Assembly (NCBI GenBank): GCA_964549935.1 | Contig: CAZJVT010000003.1 | Coordinates: 14,634 to 78,633 of the forward strand | Length of the DNA stretch: 64,000 nucleotides | Reading direction: 5' to 3' | DNA from: an uncultured Candidatus Saccharibacteria bacterium | GTDB lineage: Bacteria > Patescibacteriota > Minisyncoccia > UBA6257 > 1-14-0-10-44-23 | Shown here: positions 36,292-44,638 of the stretch, one piece after another | How the letters are laid out: each line of letters opens with the position of its first letter | How positions within the stretch are numbered: position 1 is the stretch's first letter | Made by a program: the position numbers and the translations under genes | Notes under the pieces: generated by a model | Told to the model about the DNA's origin: nothing | What the model saw: the letters and a program-made list of their open reading frames with translations, nothing else | Database searches by the model: none

Positions 36292-36666
36292 GTGCCGAGC
36301 CAGTCCGACGAGATAGAGCGCAAGCTCGACATCCTGGCCCGACGGCTGGACCATGTCATCGCGCGCGAGTCAGGTCTCGAGATCAAGCGCGTCGTGTTCG
36401 TGCGACAGCGGCGGATCCTCTTCTATTCCGACGAGAGCAAGCACCGGGGGAGACCGCATTGCATCGTCGAGCTCAGCCGCGATCATCGGCCGAAGATCGA
36501 CATCGCCACCGGAGACGTCATCGAAGGAGATGCGGGCCCGTACTGGCGCCATCTACGGCGCTTCGTCGCGGACGAGGACGTCCGTCGTCAGCTCCTCGAT
36601 ATCTGGGACGAGACCCGCCCAGACGACCAGCGACTGCCTTCCGGGGATGATCCGACACTTCGCTGA
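36292..36666 (+). CDS. DUF4160-like protein
   Basis: ILFYSDE..H..PHC.V..IDI.TG.VIEG..L.IW.ETRP; GTG start after AGGAAGG. Confidence 0.65.
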   Translation: MPSQSDEIERKLDILARRLDHVIARESGLEIKRVVFVRQRRILFYSDESKHRGRPHCIVELSRDHRPKIDIATGDVIEGDAGPYWRHLRRFVADEDVRRQLLDIWDETRPDDQRLPSGDDPTLR

Positions 36667-36741
36667 CTGGTGAACTTTTGCATTGAACCTGCGAGCGCCC
36701 CGTCCTTAGCTCATTCCTGCTGACCAGCAGGGTGGGGACTC

Positions 36742-37104
36742 ATGCCAGCTCAGCGCACCAAGGCCGAGGACCTGGTCAGGTCCCTCGCAGAGAAGCTGTT
36801 CGTGCTCTGCTCGCATGGACCGATCGTCGGCGACGACGGCAGCCGCTATCCCTTGGTCCATCCTCTCTCGCTCGGTGATTTCTCCATCGCCTTTCCCGAG
36901 AGCGGCGATGGCCTGGAAGATGCCAGCCCCAGGTTCCGGGTCGACCTACCCAACGGTTTCGCGGCCCTCGTGGAGATCGAGACAAGTCAGATCCTGGAAG
37001 GCGATCCCGGCAACTGGGAGATGAGCCTGCGGTCCTTCGTCAGAGCCAACCGTCGGTCCCTGGCTGAAGCCTGGAGGGCGACCAGGGACCCTGGCGCCGC
37101 CTAG
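36742..37104 (+). CDS. Divergent DUF4160-like paralogue
   Basis: PRFRVDL..VEIETSQILEGD..L.EAW.ATR. Confidence 0.55.
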   Translation: MPAQRTKAEDLVRSLAEKLFVLCSHGPIVGDDGSRYPLVHPLSLGDFSIAFPESGDGLEDASPRFRVDLPNGFAALVEIETSQILEGDPGNWEMSLRSFVRANRRSLAEAWRATRDPGAA

Positions 37105-37116
37105 TGACGATCGAGG

Positions 37117-38013
37117 TCACTCCTTTCGCCGCAGACCTCGATAGATCCAGATCAGGATAGCCAGCACGCCACCGGCCAGCGCGCCGGCAAGACCCTTGTC
37201 GATCACCTTGCTCCAATCGATCGCGCCGGAACGCGGGATGTCGGCAAAGAGATCGTCAGTCGATGATTTCGCGCCCGCGCCGACGGTCACCATGCCGGCG
37301 GGCAAAGCCGGCGCCACATCCTTCGGATCGTCGATCGGCTTCAAGCGGCCTGCGAGCACGTCCACCATCGTCGATGCCGTCATGAGAAGCCTGTCGAAGG
37401 TCTCCCTGTCGACGTATTCGCGGTAGATGTTGAACGTGACCGGGCGGGTGCCTGCAAGCGTGAAGCCGGTGACCCCAGCTATATCGGGTCCCGGTCCATT
37501 GGACGCGGCGCTCATCAGGATGCCCATGAACACGCCGCTATCGCTCTGATGGATCTGGCCCATCGCCTTGGTTGTCGAGGTGATCCCCTCCTTCGCCAGG
37601 CGGCCGCCGAAGGTGCCGACGAGCTCATCGATGTCCTTCTTCGGGACCACGCCCGCCAGTCGTCTTGCGTATTCGGCACGCGTGGTCCCCGACGGCACCT
37701 TGGCAGGCTTTCCGTCGGGAGCCGTCAGAAGCCAGATCCCATGCTGGCTCAGTCTTTGGCGACGACCCGTTCTGGCTTCCTCGAGCTCATCGCATGGAGC
37801 GAAGGCAAGGAGGACGATGTTTTCCCCTGCGTTCAGGCGATCCTGCGCCTCGAGGATCTGCCGATCGACGGGCTCGGAGCGGGAAAGAGGACACATCCTT
37901 CCGGGAACAGGCAGGTCGAAGCGCTCGCCGCTCCATTCGACGACGATGGCGTGCGCGGTGGAGATCTGCATGCAGAGCCAGGCCGCGGCGATCGTGCGCG
38001 CGGCAATGGCCAT
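37117..38013 (-). CDS. Exported protein with signal peptide and C-terminal TM anchor
   Basis: MAIAARTIAAAWLCMQISTAHA; GLAGALAGGVLAILIWIYRGLRRKE. Confidence 0.72.
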   Translation of the reverse strand: MAIAARTIAAAWLCMQISTAHAIVVEWSGERFDLPVPGRMCPLSRSEPVDRQILEAQDRLNAGENIVLLAFAPCDELEEARTGRRQRLSQHGIWLLTAPDGKPAKVPSGTTRAEYARRLAGVVPKKDIDELVGTFGGRLAKEGITSTTKAMGQIHQSDSGVFMGILMSAASNGPGPDIAGVTGFTLAGTRPVTFNIYREYVDRETFDRLLMTASTMVDVLAGRLKPIDDPKDVAPALPAGMVTVGAGAKSSTDDLFADIPRSGAIDWSKVIDKGLAGALAGGVLAILIWIYRGLRRKE

Positions 38014-38492
38014 TATTGGCCGGCAACCTTCTGGACCCACATCACCGCGGTCTTGGCGATGCAATTGTCCGGCAGGGGCATCTGCTTCGTCTTGTCGTAG
38101 CCGAGATGGCGCATGAGCTCGCCCACGATGGATCCGGCCGAGACGGTGATCTGGTGATCGGCCGAATAGTCCTTCCCCATCCTCTTCTGAAGGAGCGGAT
38201 CGACGAGCGCCATGGCCGGCAGCTTCAGGACATTCGTCGCCTCGAGGGCGGCCTTGCGCCCTTCCTCCGACCAGACGATCGCTTCCATGGTGAGGTAGAC
38301 GGGATCCGACTTCGCCGTCCCGCCGACGGGCCCCTCCCGCAACGGCAGTCCGGACGCGTCGATCTTCTCCATCACCTCGCGACCGCCCTTGTCGTAGCGA
38401 TCCCTGGCGTTCTGGTACATCTGGAGGCGCTCCTCGGGCGACATCCGCCGGAGCATCTCAAGGAACTTCTGGTCGATCATGGACCCCGTCAT
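38013..38492 (-). CDS. Hypothetical protein
   Basis: 159-aa ORF, TAATG coupling to the next gene. Confidence 0.7.
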   Translation of the reverse strand: MTGSMIDQKFLEMLRRMSPEERLQMYQNARDRYDKGGREVMEKIDASGLPLREGPVGGTAKSDPVYLTMEAIVWSEEGRKAALEATNVLKLPAMALVDPLLQKRMGKDYSADHQITVSAGSIVGELMRHLGYDKTKQMPLPDNCIAKTAVMWVQKVAGQ

Positions 38493-38517
38493 CTGTGCAA
38501 GACGCGGATCCTAACGC

Positions 38518-38706
38518 CTAAGTTGCGGCGTCCGCCAGGGCCAGCTTCCCGCTTTCAGTCATCTGCCATTCGAATCCGCCCTCGACCCGCATCTCCGCAA
38601 GGAGCTCGCGATCGCGGAGCGCGACCAGGACGGCTCGGCGCATGGGGCGGCCGAGCGCGAAATCGTTCAGGGCGTCCAGGAGCCAACGATCGACGCGCTT
38701 GCTCAT
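38518..38706 (-). CDS. Small wHTH-like hypothetical protein
   Basis: LRDRELL..WQMTESGK.AL. Confidence 0.5.
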   Translation of the reverse strand: MSKRVDRWLLDALNDFALGRPMRRAVLVALRDRELLAEMRVEGGFEWQMTESGKLALADAAT

Positions 38707-38710
38707 CGGC

Positions 38711-38959
38711 TCAAGCCTTCTCCGACGCCGCTTGGCGATCGAGCCATCCCGCGAGAACGATCGTCCATTCGTCGACTGCCGTCTGATACTCCTCGAAGCG
38801 CTCACGGTGCTGCTCGGAGGTGTGGGTCCCGGCGCTGTAGCGATGAAAGCCGGCATTGGCCTTGCGCGCGAGCCGGCCATACTCGACGATCCGGGCGAAG
38901 GCGGCCTTCGCCTCCTTGGCGCTTCCGATCGTCTCGGGGGCTGGTCTGGTCCTCGCCAT
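38711..38959 (-). CDS. Small hypothetical protein
   Basis: AGGA RBS, operon packing. Confidence 0.55.
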   Translation of the reverse strand: MARTRPAPETIGSAKEAKAAFARIVEYGRLARKANAGFHRYSAGTHTSEQHRERFEEYQTAVDEWTIVLAGWLDRQAASEKA

Positions 38960-38970
38960 CGCGCGCGTCC

Positions 38971-39399
38971 TTATCCCGGCAACTTCATGTCGTTCGATGA
39001 CGATCTCGACCGTCCGATATCCCGGTCGACGGTGAGGGAGGCACTGCCTGGTGCAGGCTCCGAAAAACGAGGCGAGACAGGATCGCCGCGATAGAGCCCG
39101 AGAGCCTCGGCGAGATCGCAACCCGGCTTGTGGGCGCCGTCGCTCTTCAACGCACGGCTACTTGGACATGTCGGTTCCGGGTGCATGCCGATGCCTGACT
39201 CGGTCTCGACCTCCGCGGACCACTCCAGCTCCGCCAGCATCCTGCCAAGTTTCGCCTCGATGTCGGTGCGCACGATCGTCGGCGGCGGCGTGTGAGGATC
39301 CGCTCCACGGGTCTGGCGAACGCGCCACGGATAGACGCTGGTATCGACGACGCGGCCGCCGGCTTCGGCTTCCTGCCTGCTGAGGTACACCCGGCTCAC
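38971..39399 (-). CDS. Hypothetical protein
   Basis: GTGA overlap; LEWS..CP..H..GCDLA. Confidence 0.55.
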   Translation of the reverse strand: MSRVYLSRQEAEAGGRVVDTSVYPWRVRQTRGADPHTPPPTIVRTDIEAKLGRMLAELEWSAEVETESGIGMHPEPTCPSSRALKSDGAHKPGCDLAEALGLYRGDPVSPRFSEPAPGSASLTVDRDIGRSRSSSNDMKLPG

Positions 39400-39785
39400 G
39401 CGAGCCTCGGGCCATTCTCCTTCGGCTCGGGCGTCTTCACCACCCGGGTCCCGAAGTCGGAGATGTTCATCTGGGCATGCATCGCCTCGCGCATGCGCTC
39501 GATGGTGACGTCGTCGTTCAGGCCGCAATCCACGATGTCCACGACCTCCTTGGTCTTGCGGTCGTAGACCTCGATCGAACGGTTGCCGACATCGCCTTCC
39601 ATCTGATGCTCCTTGAGTTCCTCGGCGAGCTCGGCCTTGGCGCGGGCACGCGCGGTCTGGTGAAGAGCCTGGTCGCTTCGTGCCTTGGCATGCTGGGATT
39701 GACGGGATCCGTAAGCCCCGTCAGGGAACTTGTCGTGACCAGGACAGCATCCGGCTTCCTGCCGGCGGCGACCGTACGCTTTCAT
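39396..39785 (-). CDS. Hypothetical protein; tail GPRLA
   Basis: GGAGGGG RBS; MKAYG..GCCPGHDKFP. Confidence 0.6.
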   Translation of the reverse strand: MKAYGRRRQEAGCCPGHDKFPDGAYGSRQSQHAKARSDQALHQTARARAKAELAEELKEHQMEGDVGNRSIEVYDRKTKEVVDIVDCGLNDDVTIERMREAMHAQMNISDFGTRVVKTPEPKENGPRLA

Positions 39786-39805
39786 CGCCCCTCCGTTCCG
39801 GCAGA

Positions 39806-40114
39806 TCAGGCCGCGGCCTTCATGGTTTTCGGAGACCGGCGAAGCTGTCCGCGCAATCCGAGGAGCGTGTTCGGCGGCAGCAGCTTGCCCTCGCCATCGT
39901 GCAGCCAGACGATCTCGCCATCCAGCTGTCGCATGACGTCCTTCGGGACGACGCACATGGAGCGCTTGTCGGCGCCTGCCATCCCGTGCATCACCGTGAC
40001 CTTGGGGTCGGAGGCATCGAGGCTGAAGACCTGGTGCTTGAGAAGCCAGGCCCTGAGGTCGCCGGAGCTACGAACGGTCGGACGCGGAGAGTTGGCGAGG
40101 CGGGGAAGTGCCAT
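39806..40114 (-). CDS. Hypothetical protein
   Basis: AAAGGA RBS downstream of an AT-rich promoter. Confidence 0.55.
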   Translation of the reverse strand: MALPRLANSPRPTVRSSGDLRAWLLKHQVFSLDASDPKVTVMHGMAGADKRSMCVVPKDVMRQLDGEIVWLHDGEGKLLPPNTLLGLRGQLRRSPKTMKAAA

Positions 40115-40264
40115 GACAGGACGATCCTTTGATTTATCGTGTTCGCTATATAGCATGGTGACGCCTTTATGTCCAAGGGAAACCGTCCTTAGGATGACCA
40201 AGGACGGCGCGGCCACCATGGTTGAATGTCGCATGGACGCGTCGATCAATCCCTGCAGCAGGGG

Positions 40265-40657
40265 CTAGATCTCGAACCCTTTCCCGGCCTTCTCCAGGCG
40301 AGGAACGGCTGGGAACTTTCCAAGGATCCATGCATCGAAGCCGTCGCCCGCGGCGATGATCGCCTGATCTCGAAGCTCGGCTGGCGTATACGACATCGCC
40401 TTGAGCTCGAAGCTCGGCGTCGGGTGCTTGTAGCCGATATCCTCGAAATAGACGGTCCACGCCTTCCTGAGCCAGGCCGAGAACAGGTCGTTTCGGCGAG
40501 CCGGCACCTGATAGTCGTGGGCGCGGACATAAGCGACATATCGCGGGTTGAGACCGGCCAGCTCGGCCTCGCAGAACTCGCGCCAGTCCAGGACGTTCGC
40601 CGTCGAGAAGTCGACAGGCGGGATCCTCGAGACGATCGATGGAGATGCCTTCGGCAT
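40265..40657 (-). CDS. Hypothetical protein
   Basis: 130-aa ORF (NPRYVAY..F.AW). Confidence 0.6.
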   Translation of the reverse strand: MPKASPSIVSRIPPVDFSTANVLDWREFCEAELAGLNPRYVAYVRAHDYQVPARRNDLFSAWLRKAWTVYFEDIGYKHPTPSFELKAMSYTPAELRDQAIIAAGDGFDAWILGKFPAVPRLEKAGKGFEI

Positions 40658-40729
40658 GCCCTGAGGATACCAGGAGGGAAAGAAAGCGCGGAGGCCGGAC
40701 TTCGTCGCGCCTCCATGATTTCGGATGGC

Positions 40730-40758
40730 TTGGCGCTTCCTGATTTATCTCGTATACT
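40730..40758 (+). promoter_or_regulatory. sigma70-type promoter TTGGCG-N17-TATACT
   Basis: Read directly; followed by AGGAGG RBS and ATG 40781. Confidence 0.7.
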
Positions 40759-40780
40759 CTTTGCCATAGGAGGTACAGCC

Positions 40781-41455
40781 ATGCGCCACGTCCTCACCGC
40801 CCTTCTCGCGTTCATGGTCGTCGCGACGCCGGCAGAGGCCGGCATGAAGGCTGTCGACGTCGCTCTCGTCTTGGCACCGGACGTGTCGGGCAGCGTCAGC
40901 GAGGCCAGCTGGAAGCTCCAGCGGGACGGCATGGCAGCGGCGATCGCTTCGAAGAAGTTCCATGATGTCGTCCGGGCCGGGCCGATCGGCCGCATCGCGG
41001 TCTCCGTCGTCCAGTGGTCAGCCATGGCAATTGTCGCTATCGACTGGCGCATCATCGAGTCCCAGGCAGACGCGGAGGCCGTCGCCGGCGAGATCTCGTC
41101 GATCCGGCGCATGGGCAACGGCAATACCTGCATGGATACGGCCCTCCTGAAGGCCATGGAGCTCTTCCGGCAGATCGACGGGAACGCCACGCGGCAGGTG
41201 ATCGACATCAGCGGCGACGGCGAGCACAACTGTAAGCACAGGGACTTTTCCCGGGTCCGGCAGGAGGCTCTCGCCGCGGACATCACCATCAACGGGTTGC
41301 CGATCGTGACGCCGATCGAGCCGAAGATCGAGAGTTGGTACGAGGAGCACCTGATCGGCGGCCCGGGGGCCTTCATCGTGACGGCCAAGGGCTTCGACAA
41401 TTTCAAGGAAGCCTTCCTGAAGAAGGTCACGACGGAGATCGCCGAGGCGAGGTAG
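40781..41455 (+). CDS. Exported vWA-domain protein (DUF1194-like)
   Basis: Signal peptide; DVSGSV MIDAS, QWS, RQVIDISGDG, ITINGLPI, IGGPGAF. Confidence 0.88.
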   Translation: MRHVLTALLAFMVVATPAEAGMKAVDVALVLAPDVSGSVSEASWKLQRDGMAAAIASKKFHDVVRAGPIGRIAVSVVQWSAMAIVAIDWRIIESQADAEAVAGEISSIRRMGNGNTCMDTALLKAMELFRQIDGNATRQVIDISGDGEHNCKHRDFSRVRQEALAADITINGLPIVTPIEPKIESWYEEHLIGGPGAFIVTAKGFDNFKEAFLKKVTTEIAEAR

Positions 41456-41552
41456 GAGATACTCCTCAGGAGATCTGCTTGTTGGCGACCCGATATTGAC
41501 GTCCTGGCTGCATGTGCCAAGCTTCCAGGCGCCAACATTGAAATGGTCTCCA

Positions 41553-41999
41553 ATGAACGTCAGCCTGACCCTGGCAATCCGCGTTTCACTGGCGCTCCTG
41601 GTCGTCGATCTGATCTCTCTCGCATCGACCCTTTCGAACTGGCCGGGGCTGCGTGACGCCTCGTTGATCGAAATCCTGCTGCTCGCCTTACCTCACCTCT
41701 GCCCCCTGTTCGTGTATCTCGTACTCAGGGGCAAGAAGCAGACCGGCAGTCTTCGATTGGCCACACTGGACGTCGGCCGCGGCAAACGAACCTGGCTTGC
41801 CGCTCTCAATGTCCTGAGCCTGCTGATTTGGCTCAACGTGCTTGCCCGTCTATCCCCTCTTCACAGCTTCATGAGCCTGGTCGGCACGGTCGTTGGGTTG
41901 CTCAATCTTGCCTACTCGGCTTTCACGGCCTACGTCGCATTTACCCTGGATCGCGATCGGTCGCGTATTCCGAACATCCCGACCAAGGCCGAAGAGTGA
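41553..41999 (+). CDS. Membrane protein
   Basis: About four hydrophobic segments. Confidence 0.6.
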   Translation: MNVSLTLAIRVSLALLVVDLISLASTLSNWPGLRDASLIEILLLALPHLCPLFVYLVLRGKKQTGSLRLATLDVGRGKRTWLAALNVLSLLIWLNVLARLSPLHSFMSLVGTVVGLLNLAYSAFTAYVAFTLDRDRSRIPNIPTKAEE

Positions 42000-42436
42000 A
42001 CTGGCGCCACGGCACCCTCCGTCTCTGGATCGCGGCATCGGCACTCTGGATACTTGCCGTCTTCGCGCTCGCCTGGCCGGTCGTGACCCCAGTGGTGCAG
42101 GCGGCAATCGACGCCAATCCGTTCGATGCGCTCGCCTCCCTCCCCGTGGAATGCCGGTATGCGCGCGGAACGAGCGGAGTCGACTATCAGGCAGCCGGGC
42201 CCCTGTGCTTCTACGAGGAGGCCGCCTTCAGGAAGCTGTATCCCGACAACAAGCGAGAATGGATCGACATCATGACCGAGCAGCACGAGATGCTCGGTCT
42301 TTCCTACTCCCCGCCGCCGCAGCCCTGGCCCTTGGTTCTCAGATGGTCCCTGCTCGGGGTCCTGCCGCCGATCGGCGTATTCGCTCTCGGGTTGCTCGTC
42401 CTATGGGTGGCGCGGGGGTTCAGGCGTCCGGCCTGA
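41996..42436 (+). CDS. Membrane protein (two TM)
   Basis: GTGA overlap; NWRHG..RLWI..S.LW, PP..LG..WV.RGF. Confidence 0.65.
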   Translation: MNWRHGTLRLWIAASALWILAVFALAWPVVTPVVQAAIDANPFDALASLPVECRYARGTSGVDYQAAGPLCFYEEAAFRKLYPDNKREWIDIMTEQHEMLGLSYSPPPQPWPLVLRWSLLGVLPPIGVFALGLLVLWVARGFRRPA

Positions 42437-42977
42437 AGCTCGATCGGGCGCCGGCGATCCGTGACATGCCGATCTCCGTCTTCCACTCCTCGAACCACGC
42501 TTCCGCGCGCGTCCTGGCATCCTCGAGATGCAGCTCGATTGCGTCGTCCAGGATGTTCCGTCGATAGCGGGGATCGCCGAGCTCCGTGACGACGATCTCC
42601 GGGCCGTCAAACTGATCCGCGGTGACGTCGACGATCAGGCGGCTCATGGCATCAACGCACCAGTAGTGGCTGTGGCAGGCCCCGCCCTGGGCAATGAAGC
42701 CACCAGGGCCGACGCGATGGTTCAGGTTCTCGTCGTCCGGGTCCGGATCGGCGATGCCGCCATCGACCAGCCATAGGCCGCTGGTTCCTTCGTTGAGGAT
42801 CTCCACCAGGAAGATCGCGGAAAAACGGCACATGCCCAGGGACGCGATGTCGTCGGGAACGCTCCTCTCGGCCTTCCATTCTTTCCATCGAGGCTCAAGG
42901 AACGCGCGCGCCTTCGTGGCGAGATCGACCAGGTCCGGACGTACGATCGGACGCGGCTCGACGAGAAGGCCCGTCAC
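42420..42977 (-). CDS. Papain/transglutaminase-like fold protein (Cys-His-Asp)
   Basis: GMCRFSA..HYW..IVDVTADQF. Confidence 0.6.
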   Translation of the reverse strand: MTGLLVEPRPIVRPDLVDLATKARAFLEPRWKEWKAERSVPDDIASLGMCRFSAIFLVEILNEGTSGLWLVDGGIADPDPDDENLNHRVGPGGFIAQGGACHSHYWCVDAMSRLIVDVTADQFDGPEIVVTELGDPRYRRNILDDAIELHLEDARTRAEAWFEEWKTEIGMSRIAGARSSFRPDA

Positions 42978-43420
42978 TGAAGCTTGAGCTCCTCGCCCTT
43001 CGGCACCGGGAGCTGAGGGGAAGGATAGTTCCGCCGCGCGGCACTGATCGCCGGCGCGTGCTCGCGGTGCCACCGATGGACGGCGGCGAAGTCGGGATCG
43101 GTATTGTGCTCGTCCACAACGAAGCACAGAACCCGGGCAAGAGCCAGCTCGGACGCGCGAAGGCGTTCCATCTCGGATGTCAGGGCGGCATCGGCTTTCG
43201 TCAGCCGATCGACCTCCTCGGCAACGGCCTCGATCGCCGCGAGATTAGTCGCTCCCTTGCCTTCGACGATCCGATTTCCATTCCGCATCACGATGATTGC
43301 CACGGGCTCGGCGCTGCCAAGCTCATCGCTGTCGATGATCGACCAGCCAAGGGCTTTCAGGTCTGAAAGCTTCTCGTTGAAGGCACGGAAGGCGGCGATC
43401 TTTTCCTGGCTCGGAGGCAT
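42974..43420 (-). CDS. Hypothetical protein, N-terminal paralogue of 44157-44447
   Basis: L..L...GW, G.G...L.A...V..EVDR. Confidence 0.65.
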   Translation of the reverse strand: MPPSQEKIAAFRAFNEKLSDLKALGWSIIDSDELGSAEPVAIIVMRNGNRIVEGKGATNLAAIEAVAEEVDRLTKADAALTSEMERLRASELALARVLCFVVDEHNTDPDFAAVHRWHREHAPAISAARRNYPSPQLPVPKGEELKLQ

Positions 43421-43425
43421 GGTGG

Positions 43426-44160
43426 CTATCCGTTGGTCAAGGGTGGGGTAGTCTCGAGTTTCATATGCTCCGCCTCCCGCGAGCTCGTATTCGCCCCGGC
43501 ACGCTGATCCGGATCTACTGGCGACCCCGCGGGAGACGAAGCGTCGGGCAGGTTGTGGCTGGCCTGCTCGATCTCGAGCGGCCGCCCATCACGAAAGCAT
43601 CCCGTCGGCGAGCTGATGACGCCCTCGGCGCAGGCACGCCAGAGGATGACGTCGACCGTCGCAACACGAAGCCTGGTCTTGCGGGCGAGGTCGGCGCATA
43701 GCGCTTCGACGCTCGTGCCGTGTTGGTCCGCTAGACGCTGCAGGTGGACGTCCGGCTTGGCGACGTCGATGCCGAAGTTCTTCGCAAGGTGGTACTTCGT
43801 GATGCTGCCGATCCACGGCAGGTCGGCGCACCAGCCGAGCTTGTCTTGGACCGTCTGGTATTCGGCGAATAGCTTCTGGCGCTCGCTCCAGATCCTGTCG
43901 ATCGCTCCCGCCTTGCCCTTGTGGCCGAAGACGGATGCGGCGCTCTCGCCCGCGTCGATGGCTTCCATGATCCGGAGATAGATGCCGCGGGCAACGGTGT
44001 TCTTCATGCCGGAGTTGCAGATCACGAAGATGATCTCGCGGGCAAAGGCGTCGGGATCCGTCGGGGCCTGGACGTTCTCCGACCAGTCGACGTCGCCGTG
44101 ATAGAAGCCGAGACGCTCGAGATCGGCGCGGATCGAATGAAAGTCGGACATGGAGATCAT
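43426..44160 (-). CDS. HhH-GPD superfamily DNA glycosylase-like protein
   Basis: FVICNSGM, LPWIGSITKYHLAKNFGIDVAKPDVHLQRLA, VDVILWRA. Confidence 0.72.
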   Translation of the reverse strand: MISMSDFHSIRADLERLGFYHGDVDWSENVQAPTDPDAFAREIIFVICNSGMKNTVARGIYLRIMEAIDAGESAASVFGHKGKAGAIDRIWSERQKLFAEYQTVQDKLGWCADLPWIGSITKYHLAKNFGIDVAKPDVHLQRLADQHGTSVEALCADLARKTRLRVATVDVILWRACAEGVISSPTGCFRDGRPLEIEQASHNLPDASSPAGSPVDPDQRAGANTSSREAEHMKLETTPPLTNG

Positions 44161-44447
44161 GGCGGCTCGATCCTTGAGGCATCGATGCGCCGCGTCCCCA
44201 CCTTGACCGGAATCAGGATGTTTCCTTTCTCGATGCGATCGACCTCGATCTCGACTTTGGTCAACGCTTCGAGGTCGGATTCGCCCTCGCCCTTGGCGGC
44301 CACGTCCCCCTTTGTCATCAGCCAAAATGTGTGCGCGATGCCAGCGAGGCGATAGTCGTTGTGGACGGCTACGGTCCAACCTCGGCCACGCAAGGTGGCG
44401 AGCTTGAGCTCGGTGGCCCTGGCATAGGCAGCTCCGTCAGGCTTCAT
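44157..44447 (-). CDS. Small hypothetical protein
   Basis: ATGA couplings at both ends; LR..GWTVAVHNDY..HTFWL. Confidence 0.65.
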   Translation of the reverse strand: MKPDGAAYARATELKLATLRGRGWTVAVHNDYRLAGIAHTFWLMTKGDVAAKGEGESDLEALTKVEIEVDRIEKGNILIPVKVGTRRIDASRIEPP

Positions 44448-44638
44448 CGCACCACCTGCCCGCTGAAGCGCTCCAGCACCTCGAGCACCGGGATCAGCAC
44501 GAGGATACCGGCGAAGCTGAAAGCCTGGGCCAGCTTCGATGGAGGATCGGTCTGGAGGATGCGTGTCAAACAGATGCCCTGAGCAAGACCTGCCGCCCAA
44601 AGAAGGGCCGCTACCTGATAGACGGTGAACTGGAGCAT
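44444..44638 (-). CDS. Small two-TM membrane protein
   Basis: Hydrophobic 64-aa ORF abutting the icmB stop. Confidence 0.55.
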   Translation of the reverse strand: MLQFTVYQVAALLWAAGLAQGICLTRILQTDPPSKLAQAFSFAGILVLIPVLEVLERFSGQVVR

